Origin: Eubacteriales bacterium
GTDB taxonomy: Bacteria > Bacillota > Clostridia > Oscillospirales > CAG-382
NCBI GenBank assembly: GCA_045532495.1
Contig: JAZSGA010000042.1
Location: forward strand, 1 to 55,544
Direction of reading: 5' to 3'
Length of the DNA: 55,544 nt
The notes under the pieces were generated by a model. It did not search any database. It was given only the letters and a program-made list of their open reading frames with translations, and was not told the origin of the DNA. Position numbers and translations under genes: made by a program. Shown one piece after another: positions 46,134 to 54,391 of this stretch; within the stretch, counting starts at the first letter, position 1; each line of letters opens with the position of its first letter.

Positions 46134-46311
46134 TTGCGACGTAATTTAATACAACAAGAAGCTTGCAGTAGGTAGGTGTGTGTTTTTATCGGTTCCGATA
46201 AAAGCACATGCTCTTTTTCACATGCTTACAATTCTGCAAGTTATTGAAATTGCGTCGCGGCAACGGAGCATCGTGTTTTTATAGTGCGCTGCTTCGGTGG
46301 CGCATTTTTTT
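46134..46311 (+). promoter_or_regulatory. Structured 5' leader (nested helices P1-P4) ending in an intrinsic terminator; candidate riboswitch/attenuator
   Basis: Hand-verified pairings: 46136-46147/46247-46258, 46160-46168/46234-46242, 46172-46182/46219-46229, and hairpin 46183-46204. Terminator 46285-46304 (8 bp, UUCG loop) plus T7, directly before the RBS. Confidence 0.5.
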
Positions 46312-46332
46312 ATTTTTAGGAGGTAAAATGAA

Positions 46333-49269
46333 ATGAAAAAGCAGGTATGGATATTGTTCTTATTGTCTATGTTTTTGGCTTTAAACATTTTTTCGTTTAC
46401 TGCAACCGGACAGGAAAATACTCTGCCAATGGTTAACTTAAGCGGTGTTGCTGCTATCACAACAGAAAATGAACTGTGGATTTGGGGAGCCAATGCACTT
46501 GGATCTGCCAAATATGTATCACGCCCGGAGAACTACGTTAATGATGTAGTTTATGCTGATTCTGCGCGTGGAAACTTTGCACTCATAAAAAAAGACGGAA
46601 GTTTGATATTTTGTTTAGATGCTTACTTTGCTGGTGAAAATACTCCAGTAAATGTAAAGGTTATGGATAATGTTTTGTCTGTCAATATGTCTATAAACAA
46701 TCCGCTAGCTTTGAAAAAAGACGGTTCTTTATGGGCTTGGAATGATTTAAGTAACTATAATGATTATTATAAAGTGCTAGATAATGTGATATCTTTTGAC
46801 ACTAGTGAGTATACCCTATCTTTAGCAGTGACCAGCGATGGAAGCGCTTGGGCGTGGGGAGAAAAAATAGATGGCGTATATTTAGAAAATCCCAAAAAAA
46901 TCGCAGATAACGCGAAAGCTGTTTATCTTCCTGACTCCGGAGGATATTATGTCATTTTAAAAAATAATGGTGAACTTTGGGTACGAGATGTTTATGATTG
47001 GTCGCCTCTATTCCCCGTAGAAAGCAATAAAGGATTTACTTCTCTTACCAAAATTTTGGATAATGTAAAAGACGTATACGTAGGTGAATCAAACATAGCA
47101 GCCATAAAAAATGATAATAGCCTCTGGATGTTTGGAGATAATAGAACCGGTCAACTTGGAATTGGCTCGACCGAAGATGTTATTGCACCAGTAAAAGTAA
47201 TGGATGATGTAAAATCAGTATGCACTGATTGGGGATACACATTAGCAGTAAAGAATGATGATTCTTTGTGGGAATGGGGGGAAATATACGAGTATTACGG
47301 CGACACTCCTGCAACAAAAGCCTTACTCCCTCTGAAAATCATGGATGATGTTGAGTCAATCTACATTGATTGTCATTATGCTGCAGCTATTACAAATAAT
47401 AAAGACTTGTACATGTGGGGCGAAAACTACGCTGGGCAGTTAGGCATTGGTAGCACAGAAGATACTGTTGTGCCTCAAAAAGTAATGAATTTGGGAAAAC
47501 AACAAAAATCTTTTGAAGAATACTTCGCCGACAATATTGAGCCGCATTTGGGGCAGATAACCGGTCTTGAATTGCCGCATCACCATTTAGCGAAAGTGGC
47601 AAAAAACAACAAAGGCACTGATTTGTGGAGTCAAGCTATGCACTTTTGGGACACGTGGGAAGTCGCCGGTGGTAACAAAACACTTTTTTATGACACAGTT
47701 ATACTGGGTGTGTTGAACAAGAATTTTTCGAGTAATACATATCATGATACTCTTGCAGATCGAGCATTCTCTTTTGCTACTGACACCGCATCTTTGATAC
47801 TTTCAAGAATTGGTGCTGATGTTGATACAGAAATAAAAAACCTGGATGATAGCATGAAAAATGCGGATGATGTTTTCGATGAATTACTGTCAGAATGTGA
47901 CAAGATCAAGGTTGAAATGCAGAAAATTGACCTCGAAGCAGCCGGGCAGGTTATATCATTTGTTAACACGGTAAGTGATGCAGCTGATCTTGTTGAAACA
48001 TACTCAAGATATGTTACATCTTACAATGCCGTGAAAGAAAAAAGTCTTGCTCTTAATTTTATGGCCGACAACAGCAGTTTCATGCCAACAGCACATGAAG
48101 CATTGAAGGAAATAGGTGAAGTATACGACGAGGCTTCTATTGAAGAATTCAGAAAAAATTGCACTATGGGTGTCCGTGAATTCTCAATAAAAACCGGTGA
48201 ATCAATAGTTTTGGCAGTGTGCAACAAAATTCCGGTAATTGGAGAAATTATTGATTTGACAAATTTTGCGGTATCTTCAACCAGACTGGGTTCTGATTTG
48301 ATAACACCTGTTACCAATACAACAGAAAGCCTTTGTATGATTCAGGCAACCTATGAAATAGAACAGGTTGCAAAAGATTCTTTGAAAAAGGCGCATCAAC
48401 AGTATAAAACAAATCCGACTTTTGAAAACGCTCAACTTGTGGTTGGTTTATATGATTTTTTAATGACACTATATGATTATGGCATGAACGAAGCAAGACT
48501 TTATGCAGACTACTACTATAACGAAGGATTACTTCCCATTGGCAAAGTTTCCGAATTGATAAAAGGAGATACTCTTGAATCCACATTGACATATATAAAC
48601 TCTTATGATGGAGCTTTAAACGATGTCAAATGGTATAAAACTAAAGCAGAAATCGAATATGGATTTGAAACCGGACACCTGATACCGGTGGTTATAAACG
48701 TGCTTTACGAAGGTGTCCCTGTACACAATACCGCAGTTGTAGTACAAAACGGCGGCTATTTTGAAGCTCCAAATGCTACAGAATTCGCTTTGCCAGGACC
48801 TTTTTCCGATACCATAAGTTTTGATGTTACCGGATGTTTCCTTGACAAAACATTTACAACATTATTTACAGGTGGAAAAATCACAAAACCAACCACTTTG
48901 TATAGAAATGCAATGCTTATAAGAAATCCTATAGTTGTGGTTTTAGGTGATACTGTTGAATTCCAAGACCAAAAAGCAGTAATAGAAAATGGTCGTACTC
49001 TTGTGCCGGCACGTGGGGTTTTTGAAGCTATAGGTGCAACTGTTTCGTGGGATGCAGTAACACAAACAGTACATGTTGGCAAAGGATCAATAAATGTTGA
49101 ACTCAAAATAGGCTCAGATGAAATGCATGTGAACGGAAAGACAGTTAAGCTTGATGTGCCTGCCAAAATTTCAAACAGCAGAACTCTTATCCCTGTAAGA
49201 GCTGTTTCCGAAGCTTTTGAATGCAAAGTTGGATGGGATGCGGAAACATATACTGTCACTATAGACTGA
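46333..49269 (+). CDS. Secreted 978-aa protein: RCC1-like beta-propeller + unknown helical region + copper-amine-oxidase-N-like (stalk) domain
   Basis: Signal peptide. About 7 RCC1-type blades (e.g. LWMFGDNRTGQLGIGSTEDVIAPVKVM, LYMWGENYAGQLGIGSTEDTVVPQKVM). C-terminal GRTLVPARGVFEAIGATVSWD / SRTLIPVRAVSEAFECKVGWD. Confidence 0.75.
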   Translation: MKKQVWILFLLSMFLALNIFSFTATGQENTLPMVNLSGVAAITTENELWIWGANALGSAKYVSRPENYVNDVVYADSARGNFALIKKDGSLIFCLDAYFAGENTPVNVKVMDNVLSVNMSINNPLALKKDGSLWAWNDLSNYNDYYKVLDNVISFDTSEYTLSLAVTSDGSAWAWGEKIDGVYLENPKKIADNAKAVYLPDSGGYYVILKNNGELWVRDVYDWSPLFPVESNKGFTSLTKILDNVKDVYVGESNIAAIKNDNSLWMFGDNRTGQLGIGSTEDVIAPVKVMDDVKSVCTDWGYTLAVKNDDSLWEWGEIYEYYGDTPATKALLPLKIMDDVESIYIDCHYAAAITNNKDLYMWGENYAGQLGIGSTEDTVVPQKVMNLGKQQKSFEEYFADNIEPHLGQITGLELPHHHLAKVAKNNKGTDLWSQAMHFWDTWEVAGGNKTLFYDTVILGVLNKNFSSNTYHDTLADRAFSFATDTASLILSRIGADVDTEIKNLDDSMKNADDVFDELLSECDKIKVEMQKIDLEAAGQVISFVNTVSDAADLVETYSRYVTSYNAVKEKSLALNFMADNSSFMPTAHEALKEIGEVYDEASIEEFRKNCTMGVREFSIKTGESIVLAVCNKIPVIGEIIDLTNFAVSSTRLGSDLITPVTNTTESLCMIQATYEIEQVAKDSLKKAHQQYKTNPTFENAQLVVGLYDFLMTLYDYGMNEARLYADYYYNEGLLPIGKVSELIKGDTLESTLTYINSYDGALNDVKWYKTKAEIEYGFETGHLIPVVINVLYEGVPVHNTAVVVQNGGYFEAPNATEFALPGPFSDTISFDVTGCFLDKTFTTLFTGGKITKPTTLYRNAMLIRNPIVVVLGDTVEFQDQKAVIENGRTLVPARGVFEAIGATVSWDAVTQTVHVGKGSINVELKIGSDEMHVNGKTVKLDVPAKISNSRTLIPVRAVSEAFECKVGWDAETYTVTID

Positions 49270-49298
49270 TATCCGAATAAAACCATTTCAATAACATT

Positions 49299-49335
49299 CC
49301 CGAAAACAACCTTAGGCTGTTTTCGGGAGTTTTTT
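49299..49335 (+). terminator. Rho-independent terminator after the 978-aa gene
   Basis: 10-bp perfect stem CCCGAAAACA/TGTTTTCGGG, 9-nt loop, T6 run. Confidence 0.8.
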
Positions 49336-49458
49336 AAAGTTCTTTCTTTCAATCATTATTGGAATATATAAAACTTTCTCATTTTCCTTGACATTTTGCC
49401 AAAAAAGCTTATACTATAATGTAATAGTTTTTTATGATAAGGATAATTATATGCTTTT

Positions 49459-49784
49459 ATAAGTTTGCGTCGAAAGCCTTGAAATTGAATACATCGATGA
49501 AGGCTCGGGCGATACTGTTCTTTTGCTCCGCGGATGGGGCGCGGGGCAGTACATACCGCTGTATCATCGATATGCTTACACCAAATATCGGGCAGTACGA
49601 AGCAACGATTGCAGAATTCCCCATATATGTAAATGACAAAAATATAAATAATTTTATGGAGGAATATCCTCTGTTGCTGTTCCGCGATGTAACCTACTTC
49701 CCGCTGACCTGGCGCTTTGCTGTGGAAGAATTCGGTTGGTCATATTACTTTGACACGACAAACGGACTTGTGATAAACAAATAA
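49459..49784 (+). pseudogene. Mosaic of gene remnants: alpha/beta-hydrolase N-terminal fragment, then out of frame a stalk-domain-like C-terminal fragment
   Basis: One frame reads VESLEIEYIDEGSGDTVLLLRGWGAG, then decays to a stop. Another frame reads PIYVNDKNINNFMEEYPLLLFRDVTYFPLTWRFAVEEFGW..GLVI. No full-length ORF exists. Confidence 0.35.
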
Positions 49785-49787
49785 CAC

Positions 49788-49824
49788 GCATCCCCCCGCA
49801 GTTACTCTGCAGGGGGATGCTTTT
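49788..49824. terminator. Bidirectional terminator
   Basis: 14-bp stem (one mismatch) GCATCCCCCCGCAG/CTGCAGGGGGATGC, loop TTACT, T-run. Lies between convergent units. Confidence 0.7.
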
Positions 49825-49832
49825 ATCATCAA

Positions 49833-51767
49833 TCAATTAAGAAACAGCACAACGGGTTCAAGCAATGCGGCGGATTTTTCCACCACAAGTCTTTCGCCGT
49901 CATAATGGATATTCACGGGTTTGCGGATGCCGTCGGCATCGAGGAATTCCGCACGGGTATACTTTTTCTCGCACACCAGAGGAATATCGTCCAGTGTATC
50001 AATACCGAGATTAAACAGGGCGCAAAAAGTTGTGCCGTCGGGCAGCTTTGCGGCTTTAAGGTAAACCTCGCCGTCATCGGGATAATACAGCGGCAGGTTG
50101 CCACTTTCCGAAAGAAGCTGAACAAACTGCTTTTTTCTTGATTCGTTGAGCATGGAAAAGGGGGCGCCCAGGCTAAGCTCTATTGTGGGCGATCCGCAAT
50201 ACACTACCGTTTTGCCGCCAAGCGGATTTTTATATTCCGTAACACCCGGAAAAAGCGGTGTATATTCCTGCTTATCCAAAGTATAACAAATGTAAGAATG
50301 TGCCTTTACGTTATCCGACTGCGGCACAAGCTCCATGGCATTGTGCTGAACATTGCATTTATTGCCGTTTATCGTAAGAATTTCGGAAGACATGGTTTTA
50401 CCTTGCCATTCACGCACGGAAACACCGATATTATCACCGTATCCACGCTCGCAAAGTGCCTTTGCCGTATCGGATGACATAAAGAATATGCCTCCGAAAA
50501 ACTGCGCTATTTCGGCATCGGTAAACTTTTCGTGGGTATGCTTACCCTCCATAAACACCGCCCCACCGGGTTTTGACGAGAAGTAAAGCGGCAGGCCCAT
50601 ACGTTCAAGCACATAAGCCGACCAGCCATCGATTTCGGTGGAAAAATAAGGCAGGGTAAGGTCAAAATACGTTTTTTCTGTCAGCGGTATACGGCAGCCC
50701 TGCCATTCAAGCGTTGGTGCAAGCTGTTCAAGGGCATTATAAAAGCCGATGTGCTTTGAAAGCTTTGTGCGATAAGCTTTTCCGCTTGCAGGCTCATGGG
50801 TAGCCATGCGGGTTATCCAATGCTTTGCCCCGCCTGCTCCCTCAAGGAGTGCTCCCGAAAGATGGGCATGCAATGCCATGGCAGATGTGCTGTAACGGTT
50901 TTGCGGACAGGTATCGGGTTCATCCAGAAAAACATCCGCATATTCCTTAAGCTTTGCCATCTGGGTTGCGGCACGGTAAAACACCGTGGAAAATTTTCTG
51001 CCGCCTCCGCACAGGTAGTTTCCGTTATTAATGCGTATCACCACGGGGTTGCCCTTGCCTGCAAGTATCTGCGCTATTTCGCCTGCGGCTTCGGGGTTAC
51101 TTCCGCAGCAGCAAAATGCGCCGGGAATGGATGGATCAACGCTGTCTATACCCTCACGCATGGCACGCGCGGCTTTTATCAGCGAATCAAACTGGGTTTT
51201 TACAAAAGCATCTGTATATTCCCTTGCGGTGGCATCGTCCTTTTTAAGTGCTTCCCAAAGCTGCTCACGGGTAAGATTTGTGCCTGCAAGCTTATTGAAC
51301 ATTGACATATGCAAGTCACACGCGCATCCCCCGCCCGCCCGGAACATAAGGCGCAGATCGTCATCCACCATTATAATTTCGGGCTCATACTGCGCCAGAG
51401 TTTTGAATGTGTTGCGGATATAATCGCAGAATCCGTCATCCTGAGGACAGCAGGTATTTGTTTTTTGACCGTCTTTTAGACCTGTGTATTGGGTATACGG
51501 GAACATCTCGTTAAGCTTCCAACCGTGGCCGATGGTTGCCTGGGCAAGGATGCCGCATTTAAGTCCCATTTTTTTCAGCTTATCACGGAAAAGGGCGTAT
51601 TTTTCGCCAAAGAGCTTGCCTTTATCAATGGTGGGATTACCTTCGGGCACCAAAGCCATGGAAAAAAGCGCACAGCTTGCTATGTTATTTTCGTACTGAT
51701 AGCGGATATCTTCGCATATTTCGTCGATATGATCGGTATCAAGGGGGATTATCGAATAATTGAGCAT
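49833..51767 (-). CDS. Uncharacterised 644-aa cytoplasmic protein, Cys-rich motifs
   Basis: Long uninterrupted ORF with host-like codon usage and no signal peptide. Motifs TCCPQDDGFC, GGGCACDLH, FCCCGS. I do not recognise the family. Confidence 0.6.
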   Translation of the reverse strand: MLNYSIIPLDTDHIDEICEDIRYQYENNIASCALFSMALVPEGNPTIDKGKLFGEKYALFRDKLKKMGLKCGILAQATIGHGWKLNEMFPYTQYTGLKDGQKTNTCCPQDDGFCDYIRNTFKTLAQYEPEIIMVDDDLRLMFRAGGGCACDLHMSMFNKLAGTNLTREQLWEALKKDDATAREYTDAFVKTQFDSLIKAARAMREGIDSVDPSIPGAFCCCGSNPEAAGEIAQILAGKGNPVVIRINNGNYLCGGGRKFSTVFYRAATQMAKLKEYADVFLDEPDTCPQNRYSTSAMALHAHLSGALLEGAGGAKHWITRMATHEPASGKAYRTKLSKHIGFYNALEQLAPTLEWQGCRIPLTEKTYFDLTLPYFSTEIDGWSAYVLERMGLPLYFSSKPGGAVFMEGKHTHEKFTDAEIAQFFGGIFFMSSDTAKALCERGYGDNIGVSVREWQGKTMSSEILTINGNKCNVQHNAMELVPQSDNVKAHSYICYTLDKQEYTPLFPGVTEYKNPLGGKTVVYCGSPTIELSLGAPFSMLNESRKKQFVQLLSESGNLPLYYPDDGEVYLKAAKLPDGTTFCALFNLGIDTLDDIPLVCEKKYTRAEFLDADGIRKPVNIHYDGERLVVEKSAALLEPVVLFLN

Positions 51768-51881
51768 AAATTGCAGCTCCTTTACTTATTATAATTAAAT
51801 ATTATCATGCAAATACGTAATTGTCAACTTATACCCTTACGAAATTTTTTCGGATTTACACATCCGCAAAATCAAATCCCC

Positions 51882-51910
51882 TTTACATTTTGCCGCAAAT
51901 GTTGTATAAT
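51882..51910 (+). promoter_or_regulatory. Sigma-A type promoter for pdxK
   Basis: TTTACA, 17-nt spacer, TATAAT. Confidence 0.55.
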
Positions 51911-51948
51911 AATAAAATAATTCAAATTAATAAAGGGCAAACTGTTTA

Positions 51949-52791
51949 ATGAACAAAAAAAGAGTAATTGCGGTTCACGATATTTCCTGCATCGGCAGAT
52001 GCTCGCTCACTGTGGCGTTGCCTGTGCTTTCCGCCGCAGGAGTGGAAACCTCGGTTATACCAACAGCAGTGCTTTCCACGCACACGGGCGGTTTTGAAGG
52101 ATTCACCTTCAAAGATCTTACCGATGAAATAGAACCGATTTTAAATCACTGGAAAACCCTTGGCATAAAAGCCGATTCCATATACACGGGCTATGTGGGC
52201 TCGCACCGACAGCTTGAAATTTTATCACGTTTTACCGATGCCTTCCGCACGGATAAAACCTTTGTGCTGGTGGACCCGGTAATGGGCGATGCCGGCAGAT
52301 TTTACACCGCCATTGATGACCGCTTTGTGGATGGCATGCGTAATCTGTGTGCCAAAGCAGACCTTATTGTTCCCAACCTGACCGAAGCTTCCATGCTGCT
52401 GGGCACGCCTTATGTTTCCGACGGTTACGATGAAAGCTACATAAAAGAAACCTGCAAAAAGCTGTGTGCACTTGGCCCCCGATATGCCGTTATAAGCGGT
52501 GTAAGCTTTTGCAAAGGCACCACCGGTGCCGCCGCCTACGACAGCGAAACAGATACATTTTCATACTACTCCTGTCAGCAGATCGAAGGCTTTTACCACG
52601 GCTCGGGCGATGTTTTTGCCAGCGCCATACTGGGTGCTGTGCTAAACGGAAAAACCGTGGGCGATTCCTTGAAAATCGCCGTGGATTTTACGTTGAAATG
52701 CATATGCCGTACCCACGATTACGGCACAGATACCCGCTACGGGCTTGATTTTGAGCAGGAGCTTGGCGGATATATAAAAATGCTTGGATAA
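51949..52791 (+). CDS. pdxK: Pyridoxal/pyridoxamine kinase (ribokinase superfamily)
   Basis: KRVIAVHDISCIGRCSLTVALPVLSAAG N-terminus and the C-terminal GSGDVFAS anion-hole motif. Confidence 0.85.
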   Translation: MNKKRVIAVHDISCIGRCSLTVALPVLSAAGVETSVIPTAVLSTHTGGFEGFTFKDLTDEIEPILNHWKTLGIKADSIYTGYVGSHRQLEILSRFTDAFRTDKTFVLVDPVMGDAGRFYTAIDDRFVDGMRNLCAKADLIVPNLTEASMLLGTPYVSDGYDESYIKETCKKLCALGPRYAVISGVSFCKGTTGAAAYDSETDTFSYYSCQQIEGFYHGSGDVFASAILGAVLNGKTVGDSLKIAVDFTLKCICRTHDYGTDTRYGLDFEQELGGYIKMLG

Positions 52792-52803
52792 TAAACAAAA
52801 ATA

Positions 52804-52831
52804 ACCCCTGAATATCAAGATATTCAGGGGT
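52804..52831. terminator. Bidirectional terminator
   Basis: 13-bp perfect inverted repeat ACCCCTGAATATC/GATATTCAGGGGT between convergent genes. Confidence 0.8.
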
Positions 52832-52843
52832 ATTATTTATGCC

Positions 52844-54316
52844 TTATTCCTGCTTGCCCATGGCAATGCCGTTGTATTCTTCAAAGAATGCCTCGGCAAC
52901 CTTTTCCATTTTAACAACAAGGCGTGTATCCTTGAACGAAAATGCCATATGCAGCGTGCCAAAATATTTGTCAATCGCCTGCACCTTTATGTGAAGCTTT
53001 GCAGGTTCAAGCCATCCGCCGGCAGCGGCGCAATGATATGCGTTTCCGGGGCAAAGCTTGCCTGCTATCATATCAGAATAGCCTGTCTGGGGGAATGTCT
53101 GGAAGCGGTTTTCGCCCCAGCCAAATGTTATGGCTTTATCGCCCTGGGCGTTGGTATAATACATTGTTCCGCCATCACTGTCAAGATCAAAGCGCAGCTT
53201 TGTAATGCCCATGGGGTTTTCGGAAAGGATGTATGTTTTGCCGGATATTTTTTCTGCCAGCGGGCTGTATTTTTCATCATCCAGCGCATTAAGCTTACGT
53301 GTTGATTCATATTGCAAAAGCTCGTTGTATGCATCGGGATCCTCAGGCAAAGGCTCGCCAAGCTTTTCGATTATATCTTCGTACAGAGCGTGGTAAAGTA
53401 TGAATCTTGAATTTGTGTTGCCCTGGTTATCGGAATTTATGGTAAGAATAAAATCACGCTTGCGGTCGCATATTGCAAACTGGTCGCCCATGCCTACAAA
53501 TGCAAAGCCGCCATCGGGTGCCTGCCATATCTGATAGCCGTAGCCAATAGAGCTGTGGGAGAAAATGTCATAAATGCTGTTTGCCACATGGAAGGATGAT
53601 GCCTCTTTAAGATAATCTTCTTTCATATAGCGTTTGCCTTCCCACGTGCCGCCGTTCATAACAAATCGGGCAAAGGTAAGAAGATCCCTTGTGGAGCACA
53701 TAACGCCCGAATCACCGAAGGAATGTCCGCCGGGACATTCAAGGCAGTAAGCATCCTCGGAAAAACCTATATCACGCAAAAAGCGATCTTTCATAAACTC
53801 AAGGAACGGCTTGCCGGTAAGCTTTTCGACAATTACGTTGAGCATGTATGAAACAGGGCTGTCATAGCGGTAAATGGTGCCGGGAATATAACGCTTTTTC
53901 CATTGGAAATAAAGCTTTGTGCGGTCATCGGTAAATTCATGGAACCAATCAAGCTGAAGCGCCATGCAGGTTTCCATTTTAAGCGCATCACGGATAGTCA
54001 TTTCCGCAAGGTATTCATCGCAGTTTTCATCGGTAATGTATTCGGGAAAATACTTTATGAATTTATCATCAAGCGAAATAACTCCGTCATCCACAAGCAA
54101 GCCAACTGCAACGGAAACAAAGCTTTTGGAAACCGAATACATACGGTGCTTGAAATCCTTATGAAAAGGTGCATAATAGGTTTCGGAAATGATGTTGTTT
54201 CCGCGTGCCATAACAATGGAATGGGTGTTGAGCTTATATTTTTCAAGCTCCTTTATGAAGTATAAAATGTTTTTGGACGAAATACCTGCCGCTTCCGGCG
54301 AAATACGTTCAAACAT
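52844..54316 (-). CDS. Serine hydrolase of the beta-lactamase/transpeptidase-like fold with extra C-terminal domain
   Basis: SxxK motif in MYSVSKSF near the N-terminus, and a Tyr motif region. No signal peptide. 490 aa. Confidence 0.75.
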   Translation of the reverse strand: MFERISPEAAGISSKNILYFIKELEKYKLNTHSIVMARGNNIISETYYAPFHKDFKHRMYSVSKSFVSVAVGLLVDDGVISLDDKFIKYFPEYITDENCDEYLAEMTIRDALKMETCMALQLDWFHEFTDDRTKLYFQWKKRYIPGTIYRYDSPVSYMLNVIVEKLTGKPFLEFMKDRFLRDIGFSEDAYCLECPGGHSFGDSGVMCSTRDLLTFARFVMNGGTWEGKRYMKEDYLKEASSFHVANSIYDIFSHSSIGYGYQIWQAPDGGFAFVGMGDQFAICDRKRDFILTINSDNQGNTNSRFILYHALYEDIIEKLGEPLPEDPDAYNELLQYESTRKLNALDDEKYSPLAEKISGKTYILSENPMGITKLRFDLDSDGGTMYYTNAQGDKAITFGWGENRFQTFPQTGYSDMIAGKLCPGNAYHCAAAGGWLEPAKLHIKVQAIDKYFGTLHMAFSFKDTRLVVKMEKVAEAFFEEYNGIAMGKQE

Positions 54317-54391
54317 GGTAACACTCCTTTTTTGAATAATGTTAATTCAAGTATAATACAAACAACGCACTTTGTAAATGTCAAAAAGCGA

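Noticed and set aside
46328-46336. Two-codon mini-ORF ATG AAA TGA overlapping the start of the 978-aa gene.
   Set aside because: It lies only 4 nt from the RBS, whereas the ATG at 46333 has optimal spacing. It is most likely incidental, and there is no evidence for a leader-peptide mechanism.
46218-46511. 97-aa minus-strand ORF spanning the leader and the start of the 978-aa gene.
   Set aside because: It overlaps the RBS, terminator and signal-peptide coding region of a well-supported gene. It has no RBS and a low-complexity product.
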